From NCBI GenBank assembly GCA_965262915.1, contig OZ253564.1, forward strand, positions 1,632,001-1,696,000: DNA of 64,000 nucleotides. Direction: 5' to 3'. This DNA is from Candidatus Spongiisociaceae bacterium (GTDB lineage Bacteria > Actinomycetota > Acidimicrobiia > Spongiisociales > Spongiisociaceae). Below the pieces are notes generated by a model, which was given only the letters and a program-made list of their open reading frames with translations, was not told where the DNA came from and ran no database searches. Made by a program: the position numbers and the translations under genes. This document shows, piece by piece, positions 1 through 10,516 of the stretch; position 1 is the first letter of the stretch; the number at the start of each line of letters is the position of its first letter.

Positions 1-79
1 TGAGCCCGGAGGGATCGACTGTGGTCGGCGGAGCAGAGATCAGTCGGAGGTCGCAATCGCCAGATTACGGAGTGGCCCT

Positions 80-895
80 TTGACCGCACTGCAGGCCAAC
101 CGGATCGACGGTCCTGGGAAACGCCGGTGGATCCGGCTTGGAGGCCGCGGAGTCCTTCGCTATGCGCGGTCGATCGGCGCGGTCGTGTTGATCTGGTACT
201 ACTTGGCGAACCGGATCGACAACCATGTCCTCCTCCCCACCCCGGATCGAGTGGTCCGTAGCGTCTACCGCTTAGTGACCGGAGGCGGCCTACTCGAGGA
301 CTACACCATCAGCGTTCAGCGGCTGCTCATCAGCTACGCTGCCGCCGCCGCCGTTGCGATCATCCTCGGTGTCGCCATGGGCCTAAGTAGAGTCGTGAAC
401 GAGTTCTTCGATCCTGTCGTCGAGTTGCTCCGACCGATATCGGCGCTGGCCTGGATCCCGCTCCTGCTCGCCCTCATCGGTGTCTCGAAAACGCTTCCCT
501 TCATCATCATCTTCTCCATCGCCCTATTCCCGTTCCTCTTGAACACTGTCGGCGGAATCCGTGGTGCCAATCCTGTGCTGATCAGAGCCGTGCGGACCAT
601 GGGCGTTGGGGGACTCACCATCGTTCGCCGGGTCGTCCTACCCGGCGCTCTGCCGTCCGTTCTAACCGGAGCGCGCATCGCGATGGGGAACGCGTGGATG
701 GCGCTGATTGCATCTGAGCTCATCGGAGCTCCCGACGGACTTGGATACAACATCATCTTCTTCGGCTCGACGTTGAGGACGGCAGACATGATCGCGGTGA
801 TCGTCATCATTGCCATCTCCGGCTACTTGACCGACCTGCTGCTTCGAATGTTGCAACGCCGCCTGACGCCCTGGAGACCCGCCGATGTCACGTGA
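80..895 (+). CDS. ABC transporter permease, NitT/TauT (SsuC/TauC-like)
   Basis: Hydrophobic ORF with LRPISALAWIP and EAA-like loop (RAVRTMGV...RVVLPGALP, IASELIGA..GLG). Confidence 0.85.
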   Translation: MTALQANRIDGPGKRRWIRLGGRGVLRYARSIGAVVLIWYYLANRIDNHVLLPTPDRVVRSVYRLVTGGGLLEDYTISVQRLLISYAAAAAVAIILGVAMGLSRVVNEFFDPVVELLRPISALAWIPLLLALIGVSKTLPFIIIFSIALFPFLLNTVGGIRGANPVLIRAVRTMGVGGLTIVRRVVLPGALPSVLTGARIAMGNAWMALIASELIGAPDGLGYNIIFFGSTLRTADMIAVIVIIAISGYLTDLLLRMLQRRLTPWRPADVT

Positions 896-1766
896 CCGCT
901 TCCTCAGGGTGGCTAGGACCCGACGAAACAGGTGGTGGCGGTACCGGCGCCCGGTGATGTCGCGTGACCGGCTCCTCACCGTCGCTCGGATGGTCGCGAT
1001 TCCTGTCCTTATTGTGGTCGCATGGCAGATCTGGGGCACCAGACTTCCGGAGAACAGCAATGTGCCTGTGCCGTCGGAGGTGGTCGAGGGGGCGATCTTT
1101 CTGATATCGTCCGGTGATCTCCAACTAGCCGTTTGGATCAGCCTCCGGCGTGTGCTCTCAGGGTTCCTGATCGCTCTCGCGATCGGGGTTCCGGTCGGCC
1201 TGCTCATGGGGATGTTGCGCCCGGTCGAGCGTAACGCCGACCCGGTCGTTCACACGTTCCGGATGATCGCGCCCATCGCCCTGGTGCCTCTCGCGATCGT
1301 GTGGTTCGGGCCTCGCGGCACCGCCGCCATCTTCATCGTGGCCTACGGCGCGGTCTTCCCGATCATCCTCAATACCATCAACGGCGTCAAGGAGGTCGAC
1401 CGGCTGCTTGTCAAGGCCTCCCGTACAATGGGACTCCGGACCCTCAAGATCCTCAGGAGAGTGATACTGCCCGGTGCCCTGCCGAGTGTCTACACAGGGG
1501 TCAGGATCGCCATGGGGATGGCGTGGGGAGCCATCATCGCCGCCGAGTTGACCGTGGGATTCAAGGCGTACCCATCGGCAGAAGGAGTAGGTCTCCGCAG
1601 CGGTGCCGGGGGTGGAATCGGCTTCATGATGTTCTTTCTCTACGACAACCGGGTCGCCACCGACCTCATCGTTGTCACGATCATCGCGGTCGGCGCTGTG
1701 GCCTTTGCCTCCGACCGTGTTCTCAGATACGTCGCACGAAAGGGAATGCCATGGGCTCGTCTATGA
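885..1766 (+). CDS. ABC transporter permease, NitT/TauT family (true start may be 957)
   Basis: FRMIAPIALVPL, KASRTMG...VILPGALP, IIAAEL motifs. Confidence 0.85.
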   Translation: MSRDRFLRVARTRRNRWWRYRRPVMSRDRLLTVARMVAIPVLIVVAWQIWGTRLPENSNVPVPSEVVEGAIFLISSGDLQLAVWISLRRVLSGFLIALAIGVPVGLLMGMLRPVERNADPVVHTFRMIAPIALVPLAIVWFGPRGTAAIFIVAYGAVFPIILNTINGVKEVDRLLVKASRTMGLRTLKILRRVILPGALPSVYTGVRIAMGMAWGAIIAAELTVGFKAYPSAEGVGLRSGAGGGIGFMMFFLYDNRVATDLIVVTIIAVGAVAFASDRVLRYVARKGMPWARL

Positions 1767-2578
1767 GCGAAACCGACGCGGTCATCGTTCTCGATGACGT
1801 CTCGAAGACCTTTTGGGTGGAGCGAACACGAGAGTCTGTAAATGCGGTCGAGAGTTGCACGCTCGATGTGAGTCGCGGGGAGTTTTTCACGGTGGTTGGC
1901 CCTTCAGGCTGTGGCAAGACCACAATCCTCGGAATGATCGCGGGTTTCGAGGCGCCGTCCTCGGGACGGATCACGATGCACGGGGAGACCATTCATACGA
2001 CGAGCGCCGAACGGGGCATGCTCTTTCAGGAGTACGCGTTGTTACCTTGGAAGACGGCGAGCGGCAATGTCGAGTTCGGCCTGAAATATGGACCGAAGAA
2101 GTACTCTAGGGCGGAACGGGCCGAGATCGTGCAGCGCCACATCGATCTCGTTCGCCTGACCGGCTCGGAGAGCAAGTATCCACACGAGCTGTCCGGAGGT
2201 ATGCGCCAGCGCTGTGCGCTCGCCAGGCTTCTGGCCTATGACCCTGAGGTGCTACTGATGGATGAGCCGCTGGCCGCTCTCGACGCGCAAACCCGCCGGG
2301 TCTTGCAGGAGGAGTTACTCCGCATCTGGGGCCAGCAGCGTGAGAAGGGGGATCGCAAGACGATCATCTACGTCACGCACTCCATCGAGGAGGCGGTGTT
2401 CCTGTCCGACCGCGTCGGTGTGATGAGCACGTCGCCGGGGCGGCTGAAGGAGATCGTGGACATCGACATACCCCGGCCACGCACCGAGGAGTCGCGGGGA
2501 CTACCACGCATCGCCGAACTCGAACATAAGATATGGAACCTCATTCGCGAGGATGCCCATAGGGCAGCGCTCGAGTAG
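1763..2578 (+). CDS. ABC transporter ATP-binding protein (TauB/SsuB-like)
   Basis: Walker A GPSGCGKT, LSGGM signature, LLMDEP, VTHS; ATGA overlap with the permease stop. Confidence 0.9.
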   Translation: MSETDAVIVLDDVSKTFWVERTRESVNAVESCTLDVSRGEFFTVVGPSGCGKTTILGMIAGFEAPSSGRITMHGETIHTTSAERGMLFQEYALLPWKTASGNVEFGLKYGPKKYSRAERAEIVQRHIDLVRLTGSESKYPHELSGGMRQRCALARLLAYDPEVLLMDEPLAALDAQTRRVLQEELLRIWGQQREKGDRKTIIYVTHSIEEAVFLSDRVGVMSTSPGRLKEIVDIDIPRPRTEESRGLPRIAELEHKIWNLIREDAHRAALE

Positions 2579-2700
2579 CGCTACGAACGCAAGCCGGCCG
2601 CGTCTCCTAACAGGTTGACCGTCCGCGCGGTCGCAGCTATGGTTGGATCGATTGAAACAACGATGTGTGAGTCTCCGACGACGTTGGATTTGGCGGTGCC

Positions 2701-3147
2701 ATGATCGAGTTCGACCCTGATAACCGGACTGTCGACATTGCTATCACATGCCACGACTTCGACCAGTCGTTGAGGTTCTACAGAGACATCCTCGGCTTCG
2801 ATGTAGTCGTCGATTTGGAGGTCTCCGCAGAAATAGCAACCGGGCTCGGCCTCGCTTCCCGTGGTTTCCACCATGTACGGTTACAAGCAGGCAACACCCT
2901 GATCAAGCTCATGGACATCGAACCACCACCGGGCGAGGCGACCCACTCCTTTGCTGCCGGTGTCCGCTGGCTGACGATCTTCGTGAAGAATGTCGAAGCC
3001 ACTTGGGACTACCTCAAGAAGAGGGGCGTCGACTTCGCCACCGATCCGTACACCGTCCGTGCAGAGGATGAACAGCCGGGCGTACACGGATCAGCCGTGG
3101 CGGCTATCGCTCCTGACGGACTGCTTGTTGAGTTCGTCCAGGCATAG
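2701..3147 (+). CDS. VOC/glyoxalase family protein
   Basis: SLRFYRDILGF and APDGLLVEFVQ motifs. Confidence 0.8.
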   Translation: MIEFDPDNRTVDIAITCHDFDQSLRFYRDILGFDVVVDLEVSAEIATGLGLASRGFHHVRLQAGNTLIKLMDIEPPPGEATHSFAAGVRWLTIFVKNVEATWDYLKKRGVDFATDPYTVRAEDEQPGVHGSAVAAIAPDGLLVEFVQA

Positions 3148-3209
3148 CCACTAACGATCGGCTGCAAGTAGACGCGGCCCAGGTCGGCCACGAGGAAGGA
3201 AAGCGACAG

Positions 3210-4490
3210 GTGGTGGCTGCTAGCACCCGAAGGATGCCTGAGACTCGCACGAGGCTACTCCCGGATATCGAAGAAGCCTTGGCATCGGGGGCCATTCATC
3301 GCAACCCCCACCCGGTGTACAGGGCCCTGCGCGAGGAGACGCCTGTCTACTGGAGTGGCCTCCTCAAGCAGTGGCTGGTCACGTCGTATGACCTGGTAGT
3401 AGAGGTCCTTCTCAATTCGACAGTTTTCTCGAACTACGGGTACGAGTCGAGCTACATCGAGCGGCTCCCTACCGAGTTCCTGATCGAGGTCGACACCCTT
3501 CGCCATCACTGGAAGCAGGAGGGGCTCATGCATTCCGGCGGGCCGAAACACACTCGTCTCAGGCGCGCGGTAGGCCCCTCTTTTACCCCGAAGGTGGTTT
3601 CCCGCCTCGAGGAGCGAATCCAGGATCGCGTCACGCATCTTCTCGAGAATGCAAAGGCGCGTTACGATCATCAGTACGAAGTCATCCAAGGTCTGGCACA
3701 ACCGCTCCCCGTAACCGTCCTCGCAGATGTGCTTGGAGTTCCCGAGAGGCATCGAGACCGCTTTCCGGTCTGGTCGGCGAGCGTTCTCCGGTTCTTTGGT
3801 AGCCCGCAACCCGACCCCCTCAATGCCGCCGAACTCGATGCCAACCTCGTTGATTGGAGGCGCCTGGTTAGCGATTTGCTACACAGCCGTTCTCGATGTC
3901 CCCGGGATGACTTTCTTACTACGGTCGCGAGAGCCATCGATAACGCTCAGATGTCTGCCGAAGACGGTCTGGCTATCTGCGTTCATCTTCTGATCGCCGG
4001 TCATGAGACCACGACCAATCTGATCGGCAACACCATCTACTGTCTTGTCACGCGTCCCGACCAGCTTGAAGAGGCGCGTGGATCGACGGAAGCTCTGCAG
4101 AGTGCCGTTGAGGAGACGCTCCGCTACGAACCGCCCATAGCGCGGATCAGGCGGGTGTGCGCTAAGAGCTACGAGCTAGGCGGTGTACTCATTCGCAAGG
4201 GAGAACCGGTAGTGGCGGTAGTTGCAGCTGCGCATCGTGATCCCCAGACCTTTCAACGGCCCGACGAGTTTGATCTCCATAGGGAGATGCCGAGGAGAGG
4301 GCATCTTGCCTTTGGCCTGGGACCCCATTTCTGCCTCGGGGCTCCCCTCGCCCGTTTGGAAGCCGTGGTCGCAGTACGGCAATTCCTCGATCGGTTTCCA
4401 GAGATACGTCTCGCACCCTCGACTGCACCGGCTTGGCGAGAGTCGATCAACCACCGGGGTCTCGAGAGCCTGTTGCTCGACACGGGATGA
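3210..4490 (+). CDS. Cytochrome P450
   Basis: AGHETT I-helix, EETLR (ExxR), heme motif FGLGPHFCLG. Confidence 0.95.
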   Translation: MVAASTRRMPETRTRLLPDIEEALASGAIHRNPHPVYRALREETPVYWSGLLKQWLVTSYDLVVEVLLNSTVFSNYGYESSYIERLPTEFLIEVDTLRHHWKQEGLMHSGGPKHTRLRRAVGPSFTPKVVSRLEERIQDRVTHLLENAKARYDHQYEVIQGLAQPLPVTVLADVLGVPERHRDRFPVWSASVLRFFGSPQPDPLNAAELDANLVDWRRLVSDLLHSRSRCPRDDFLTTVARAIDNAQMSAEDGLAICVHLLIAGHETTTNLIGNTIYCLVTRPDQLEEARGSTEALQSAVEETLRYEPPIARIRRVCAKSYELGGVLIRKGEPVVAVVAAAHRDPQTFQRPDEFDLHREMPRRGHLAFGLGPHFCLGAPLARLEAVVAVRQFLDRFPEIRLAPSTAPAWRESINHRGLESLLLDTG

Positions 4491-4537
4491 GCCGGCCCAG
4501 GCGTCGCTCACAAGAGTGCCCTGCTGGCCGCTGCACA

Positions 4538-5422
4538 TCAGCCCAGCCCGAGTAAGCGCCGCGGGTTATGGGCTGAGATGGCCTGCCAAGCGGCCTCCGA
4601 CAATCCGGCCGACTTCAGAGCCGTCACGTATTGCTCCACGTTGACCGCCGGATAGGAGGTCCCGAAGAGCATCCGATCCATCAGAAACCCGTTCGCCGCA
4701 AGCGTGTAGTCGGATCTACCGGGAAGATTGGCCCAGTAGAGGTCCGGCATCACCCAGAAGTTGGGGCGCCGCCACGCTACGCCGAGGGTCTCGGTGACGA
4801 ACGGCCAGCCTCCATGCACCGAAACCACCTGCAGGTTGGGGAAGTCGCGTGCTACCCGATCGAGGGGCGCCGGGAAGGCGTACGAGATATCGGGGTTCGC
4901 GTCGCCGCCGGACACGAAGACCGGAAGGCCGGTCGCATCGATCTGTTCATAAACGGGATAGAGCACGGGATCATCCGCGTGCATGGGTGGATCGGCTATT
5001 CCCGGCTCGACGGTCACCCCGACAAACTCCAGTTGCCGGCAGGTAACCAGATCTGCTTCGGTATCGCCGGGAGTCAACCGAAGCGAGCCGACTCCGAGAA
5101 AGCGATCCGGGTGGGTCCGGACGAGTTCGGCCACGAATTCGTTCGAAGTACCGCCAATGAGGTCATTGGATGCACGTGCCGCCAGCACGGCGGTGTCGAC
5201 ACCGGCCCGTGTCATCTCGTCGAAGAAAAGGGGAAGTGACTGCCGTTCGAACGAAGGCGGGATATCGTATCCGCGCTGCCGGAGTCTGGCCCCCATCGCG
5301 CCAGGGGAGGTGAACATGCGCTGTTGCAGGAACTCGCCGGCAGGAGGCCTCGCCCGAAGGTCGATCGCACCCGGCATCAGGTCCCGGCTCTCATCCCCAT
5401 TTGGCGGCCGGCGGCTGGTCAC
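4538..5422 (-). CDS. Amidohydrolase_2 family protein
   Basis: DDPVLYPVYE, FPNLQVVSVHGGWP, RMLFGTSYP, NPRRLLG. Confidence 0.8.
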   Translation of the reverse strand: MTSRRPPNGDESRDLMPGAIDLRARPPAGEFLQQRMFTSPGAMGARLRQRGYDIPPSFERQSLPLFFDEMTRAGVDTAVLAARASNDLIGGTSNEFVAELVRTHPDRFLGVGSLRLTPGDTEADLVTCRQLEFVGVTVEPGIADPPMHADDPVLYPVYEQIDATGLPVFVSGGDANPDISYAFPAPLDRVARDFPNLQVVSVHGGWPFVTETLGVAWRRPNFWVMPDLYWANLPGRSDYTLAANGFLMDRMLFGTSYPAVNVEQYVTALKSAGLSEAAWQAISAHNPRRLLGLG

Positions 5423-5960
5423 CGGTCGGCAGAGGCACCACGTCCCAGGGGTGATACGAGGCCCAGATCTTGTAGTGCAGCTCTGCCTCGGCGATCGTCC
5501 AGATGATCACCCACTGTCGCTCCGCATCGGCCTCCGAGGTGACCTGCATCGGCCAATCGCCGGAAACAGAACCAGCCAGGTGTCCGTGAGTCCAACCGTC
5601 GCCGAAGTGGGCACGCACCGTGATGGGGTCAACGCCACTCGACTTCTCGATACGATGCTTTACGCGGCGCTGCTCGGGCCAGGAGAGCAGCCAACGCACC
5701 TCGATACCTTCGCTGTGGTCGTGCACCGGTCCCTCGATGGTCCCTGATGAGGCAAGCATCAGATCGTTGAACTGGGATAGGACGCGGGTGATCACAGGAT
5801 CCAGAAGCTCCACCGCGCGCAGGAAGACGGTCTCGCGCTCAGATCGAGAACCGGCCGACTCGTACGTGTCCGATCGGAGGTCCATGAGGTGTCGCTGGTA
5901 GTCCTGCACCCGACTATCCAAAGCTATCGACGGTGACCAATTCACGGCTCTGTGCTCCAA
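5391..5960 (-). CDS. Hypothetical protein
   Basis: Protein-like ORF co-oriented with and overlapping the amidohydrolase start. Confidence 0.55.
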   Translation of the reverse strand: MEHRAVNWSPSIALDSRVQDYQRHLMDLRSDTYESAGSRSERETVFLRAVELLDPVITRVLSQFNDLMLASSGTIEGPVHDHSEGIEVRWLLSWPEQRRVKHRIEKSSGVDPITVRAHFGDGWTHGHLAGSVSGDWPMQVTSEADAERQWVIIWTIAEAELHYKIWASYHPWDVVPLPTGDQPPAAKWG

Positions 5961-6104
5961 TCGGCGTGTACCGCTCTTGTAGGATCGATTCTACAAGTGG
6001 CCGGATTGCTCGATCAAATATATGATCTATCGCATCCCGGTCCACGACTCGGCGGTGCCAACAGTAGTCGTTGTGCGCCGAGCTATAGCGGGGAGGAAGC
6101 CGAG

Positions 6105-6527
6105 ATGGTTCACATTGATCCAGAGCGCCGAACAGTCGATGTTGCGATTACGTGCAGCAACTTCGAAGAGTCACTCCACTTCTACCGGGACGTTCTCGGC
6201 TTCGAGATTGTGGTGGACACCGAGATCTCAGGTGAGATTGCCACTCGTCTCGGCGTGGCACCGCGAGGGTTCCACCAGGTGCGGCTCCAGGCGGGCGACA
6301 GCTTGATCAAGCTCATGGACATCGAGTCTCCGCCCCCACCGGCGCCTCACGGTTTCGCTTCCGGGGTCCGCTGGATCACCGTGTACGTGGAAGACATCGA
6401 CTCGACCATCGAAGAACTCAAGAAAAAGGGAGTCGAGTTTCTCGCTGATCCCGTGAGAGGTCAGCACGCCGCCGCGGTGGCTGCGATTGCTCCGGACGGC
6501 ATCCTGGTTGAATTCGCACAGGTCTAG
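6105..6527 (+). CDS. VOC/glyoxalase family protein, paralog of 2701-3147
   Basis: Shares VRLQAG..LIKLMDIE and AAIAPDG.LVEF; GGAGG RBS upstream. Confidence 0.8.
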   Translation: MVHIDPERRTVDVAITCSNFEESLHFYRDVLGFEIVVDTEISGEIATRLGVAPRGFHQVRLQAGDSLIKLMDIESPPPPAPHGFASGVRWITVYVEDIDSTIEELKKKGVEFLADPVRGQHAAAVAAIAPDGILVEFAQV

Positions 6528-6799
6528 CGTGGCCAGGGCCCGAGTACGCCACCCTGGATTACGTCGACTGGCTCAACCGCCATGGGCTCCTCGAGATCGG
6601 TCGGGGACATACCAGCGATTGGACACCAGGCCACGCACGCACTCAGGCAAAACGGCCTCGATAGATTGCGCTGTTCACCGGGAACGTTTGGCCCGGTAGT
6701 GGGCAGGCGGACCGGTAGGTGGGTCACGGTACGGTACGGTACGATCGTGTCTTGCGGGGCTGATCCCTCGTGGCGTTGGCGTCCTAAGGAGGTTGTGAA

Positions 6800-7585
6800 A
6801 TGGGCCGGCTCGACGACAAGGTGGCGGTGGTAACCGGGTCCTCGCGTGGTCTCGGTGAAGGGATCGCCCGCCGGTTGGCCGCCGAAGGTGCGGCCGTGGT
6901 GTGCGCCGACGTGCTCGACGCCTCCGAAGTGGCCGCATCGCTGCCCGCTGCACCTTCCGGTGCCCGCGCTACGGCCGTCCACCTTGATGTCACCGACAGC
7001 GCCCGGGTCGACGAGGTGATGCGCGACATTGCCGCCGAGTACGGAAGCCTCGACATCCTGGCCAACAACGCCGGGGTGGCGCAGCCGATCGCCGAGGTCA
7101 TCGACACCTCCGACGAGGTGATCGATCGCGTGTTCGCAGTCAATATCAGAGGGGTGATCAACTGCTCCCGGTCTGCGGCCCACATCATGAAGGAGAACAT
7201 GTGGGGCCGGATCATCAACACCGCCTCGCAGACCGGCAAGGTCGGCTGGCCGGGATGGGGCATCTACTCGGTCTCCAAGTTCGCGGTGGTCGGCCTCACC
7301 CAGGTGATGGCGCTGGAGTTGGCCCCGTACAACATCACGGTGAACGCCATCTGTCCCGGCACCATGTTCACGAACATGACCAAGACCGGGTTCGGGATGG
7401 CGGCCCAGATGGCGGGCCGTGACCGCGAGGATGTGCTGGCCGAGCACATCGCCACCATCCCGATGAAGCGTCTGGGGACCGCCGACGACATCGGGGCGAT
7501 GGCGGCCTTCCTCGCATCCGACGACGCTAAGTTCACCACCGGGGCTTCCCTCAACCTGACCGGGGGCGAGCAGGTCTTCTTCTAG
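6800..7585 (+). CDS. SDR family oxidoreductase
   Basis: TGSSRGLG, NNAG, YSVSK (YxxxK); AAGGAGG RBS. Confidence 0.92.
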   Translation: MGRLDDKVAVVTGSSRGLGEGIARRLAAEGAAVVCADVLDASEVAASLPAAPSGARATAVHLDVTDSARVDEVMRDIAAEYGSLDILANNAGVAQPIAEVIDTSDEVIDRVFAVNIRGVINCSRSAAHIMKENMWGRIINTASQTGKVGWPGWGIYSVSKFAVVGLTQVMALELAPYNITVNAICPGTMFTNMTKTGFGMAAQMAGRDREDVLAEHIATIPMKRLGTADDIGAMAAFLASDDAKFTTGASLNLTGGEQVFF

Positions 7586-7688
7586 GAGGGTGGTGTGAAA
7601 CCCCTTCACGGCCCGTTGATCGATGACATGATGCCTGTTCAGAGGAAGATGGGCCGTTGCTGCCCACCGTTTTAGACCACCCTTCTAG
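7582..7688. repeat. MITE-like repeat family B, copy 1
   Basis: CTAGGAGGGTGGT...ACCACCCTTCTAG inverted ends; highly similar to 62330-62434. Confidence 0.7.
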
Positions 7689-7730
7689 GGAGGCTGGGGC
7701 TATCCTCCGGCCGGCCTCATTCGCTGTGGC

Positions 7731-8873
7731 ATGAGCAAGATGCGAGCCGCCGTCTACCACGGCAGGCGCGACATCAGGATCGAGGAGATCGAGGTACCCG
7801 AGCCGGGGCCCGGAGAGTTGCTGGTAGAGGTCCACGCCGCCGGGATCTGCGGCACCGACGCCTCCGAATGGGAACACGGACCGATGATGTTCCCGGTGTC
7901 GGAGCGCAACGACTGGTCCGGTCACCGCGGCCCGATGGTTCCCGGTCACGAGTTCGGCGGCAGGGTGGTGGACCGCGGTCCAGGGGTGGAGGCGTTCCCT
8001 GACGGCACGCTGATGGCCAGCGGGGCGGGAGTGTCGTGCGGATCGTGCGGGCCGTGCCGGGCGGTGATCACCAACTTCTGCGAGCGGTACTTCACGGTGG
8101 GCCTGCAGCGGAACGGCGCCCTGGCCCAGTACGTTGCGGTGCCGGCGGGTATCTGCCTGGACGTTGGCGATCTGGGTCTCGACGATGATCGGGCCGCTCT
8201 GGTGCAGCCCATGTCGATCGCCCTCCACTCCCTCCGCCAGGGAGAGCCGGGTTCCGGTGACCCGGTGGTGGTGCTCGGAGTGGGTGGGGTGGGCGCCTTT
8301 CTCGTCTACGCGGCGGTCCGATCGGACCTGCGGGTGCTGGCCGCCGATCTCGACCCGGAGCGGCTCGAGATCGCCGCCGCGCTGGGCGCTTCGCTCACGC
8401 TAAAGGTCGACCGGGACGAACCACTCGCCCCCCAGATACGGGATGCCCTGCGCGGCCCTCCCGCGGTGGTCTACGAGGTGACGGGAGTTCCCTCCGTCCT
8501 GACCGCGGCGCTGGAGGTGGTGGCGCCACGGGGGCGGGTGGTGGCCATCGGCCTCGGCACGGTTCCGGTACCGGTCGACGTACGCTCCCTCACCCTGCGG
8601 GAACTCTATCTGGTGGGTACCAACGCCCATGTCTTCGCGGCCGACTTCGCGGACGCCGCCCGGCTGGTGGCCGGCCGCGCCGAGGGTTGGTCGGATGTCG
8701 CGCCGGTGGCCCTGCCCCTCGAGTGGCTGGTCGCCGACGGTCTCCGACCGATGGTGGAGCGGAGACCCGAACGGATCAAGACGCTCGTCGACCCGTGGGC
8801 GGCCGATGTACGCCCGGCGGCGCGGGCAGGTCTGAGTGGTCTGTCTGCAAAGAGTGGTCTGTCTGCAGAATAA
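7731..8873 (+). CDS. Zn-dependent (MDR) alcohol dehydrogenase, 2,3-butanediol dehydrogenase-like
   Basis: GICGTD, GHEFGG, CGSCGPC...C, GVGGVG; C-terminus runs into the repeat at 8834. Confidence 0.88.
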   Translation: MSKMRAAVYHGRRDIRIEEIEVPEPGPGELLVEVHAAGICGTDASEWEHGPMMFPVSERNDWSGHRGPMVPGHEFGGRVVDRGPGVEAFPDGTLMASGAGVSCGSCGPCRAVITNFCERYFTVGLQRNGALAQYVAVPAGICLDVGDLGLDDDRAALVQPMSIALHSLRQGEPGSGDPVVVLGVGGVGAFLVYAAVRSDLRVLAADLDPERLEIAAALGASLTLKVDRDEPLAPQIRDALRGPPAVVYEVTGVPSVLTAALEVVAPRGRVVAIGLGTVPVPVDVRSLTLRELYLVGTNAHVFAADFADAARLVAGRAEGWSDVAPVALPLEWLVADGLRPMVERRPERIKTLVDPWAADVRPAARAGLSGLSAKSGLSAE

Positions 8874-8890
8874 CTTGCCGTGCTCCGCTT
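8834..8890 (+). repeat. MITE-like family A left end (terminus duplicated)
   Basis: GAGTGGTCTGTCTGCA twice (8834, 8852), then AATAACTTGCCGTGC, matching the ends of the copies at 25297 and 26717. Confidence 0.6.
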
Positions 8891-9166
8891 TTATACCTCA
8901 AAAGCATCCCACCATCCACCGAAATGCCCCCAACATCGCCACAAACACCAGAAACTAGCCGGCCCCACTACCTCCAGTCATCGTCGCCCCCCCCCCCCCA
9001 ACCGATCGGTGGATTCAGGCTAAACGCGCAGAGCCCCCGGAACTGCGAATCGCAGCCAATCCGGGGCGTGCTGGCACCAAGGCAAGTCGCCGTCTCAAGT
9101 TGACTACACGGAAGATCCCTACAAACTCTTGTGCAACTATATAATTTGCTTCTAGCTTCTTCTAGA

Positions 9167-10516
9167 TTAGAACTTGGCTCGGTCCTTGTTGCTTGCCCTG
9201 AGCCGCGCGCCAAGGTCGTCGGGAGAGACGAATACTCTTCGCCGACCCTCCACGCCGGCATCGAGCAGTCCATGGGACGTCAGGTCGAGTAGGTCGGTAC
9301 GAGCCGTTTGCAGAACTACATCATGGCTGTTGGCGTGGCTCCGGTATGTGTAGCGATACCCTGGATGCCGTAGGGCGTGTCCGAGGAGAGCCCGTTGTCT
9401 GTGGTTGAGCCCGGGCAGATCCCCGGCTAGGCGTTCCGCGGCCTGCATGCGATCGAGGGTCTCGTCGACGTAGATCGCCAATTCCTCGAAAGCCCTTCTC
9501 AAGACCTCGAGTTGGTGGATCAGGAAGTATGTCAGGTCGTTGCCGTCCGTCTCCGTGTGGAGGAAGGCGTGCGCGTACTTTGCCGGTGCCTTCAGGACGA
9601 TCTCGGAGATCGAGACATACTCGGTAAGCCAGTATCCGGCGCGTAGCGCGGACCAGTAGAACAAGGCGCGGGCCGCTCGACCGTTCCCATCGACGAACGG
9701 ATGAATGTAAGCCAACCAAAAGTGGAGTAGGATGGCCTTGACCAGCGGATGGGTGAATGATTTTTCCCCGTCGTTGGCGAAGTTGCACATTCGTTCGATA
9801 CGCTCCGGGATCTGTTCCGCGGGTGGCGGAGAGAAAACGACCTCATCACTGTGCCAGGCGACAACAGACACCCTGGTCTCGTCTGGCTGCTGGAAGCGGC
9901 CGCAGTCCCTCCGGTGTTCCAAGGTGTCTTCGGTGAGTATGGCGTGCATTCGCAGGAGTAGTTCCGGCGTCAGGTCCTCTGAGGCCGCTTCCTTGATGTG
10001 GCTGATTGCCCGGTAGTTGTTGAAGATCATGCGTTCGGACTTGTCTCGAGGATCCCGGCCTGACCGGAGCATCTGCTTGGCTACGACACGGGTTGTGGAG
10101 GCTCCCTCGAGTTGTGAGGACGACAGGGCTTCCTCGATGAGGCCTCGCACCTTGTAGCGATCCCGCGTGGTTCGATCCACGACGGCCGCGGGCGCGGCAG
10201 ACCGGCCGGTAGCCCGAAAGTCCAGGTTGTGGAGGCTCTTGAGGATCGGGTCCACAAGGCTGTAGGAAAACGGTATCCCGTGTACGTCAACCAATCCGGT
10301 AGCCCGGGATGATTGATTGCGGGCGAGGCGCATGCCGGCCCACCACTGTTCGACCGTGAGACCCTCGGGGGGCTCCCGCCGGCGTACGTCATCCCAATGG
10401 AGGTATCGACCGTCCTTCAAGGTCGCGCCCACGTTGACCAACCGCACGAACGTTTCTGGCTCGAGGTCTCTTATCAGAGCGTATAGATCTGGAGGTTTGG
10501 CGATCCGCGTAGCCAT
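9167..10516 (-). CDS. Fic family protein with C-terminal HTH
   Basis: HPFVDGNGRAAR Fic motif, SSQLEG inhibitory-helix motif, C-terminal wHTH-like (TARTDLLDL). Confidence 0.9.
   Translation of the reverse strand: MATRIAKPPDLYALIRDLEPETFVRLVNVGATLKDGRYLHWDDVRRREPPEGLTVEQWWAGMRLARNQSSRATGLVDVHGIPFSYSLVDPILKSLHNLDFRATGRSAAPAAVVDRTTRDRYKVRGLIEEALSSSQLEGASTTRVVAKQMLRSGRDPRDKSERMIFNNYRAISHIKEAASEDLTPELLLRMHAILTEDTLEHRRDCGRFQQPDETRVSVVAWHSDEVVFSPPPAEQIPERIERMCNFANDGEKSFTHPLVKAILLHFWLAYIHPFVDGNGRAARALFYWSALRAGYWLTEYVSISEIVLKAPAKYAHAFLHTETDGNDLTYFLIHQLEVLRRAFEELAIYVDETLDRMQAAERLAGDLPGLNHRQRALLGHALRHPGYRYTYRSHANSHDVVLQTARTDLLDLTSHGLLDAGVEGRRRVFVSPDDLGARLRASNKDRAKF

Noticed and set aside
8987-8999. C13 homopolymer as a phase-variation switch
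   Set aside because: Not inside a recognisable gene or promoter
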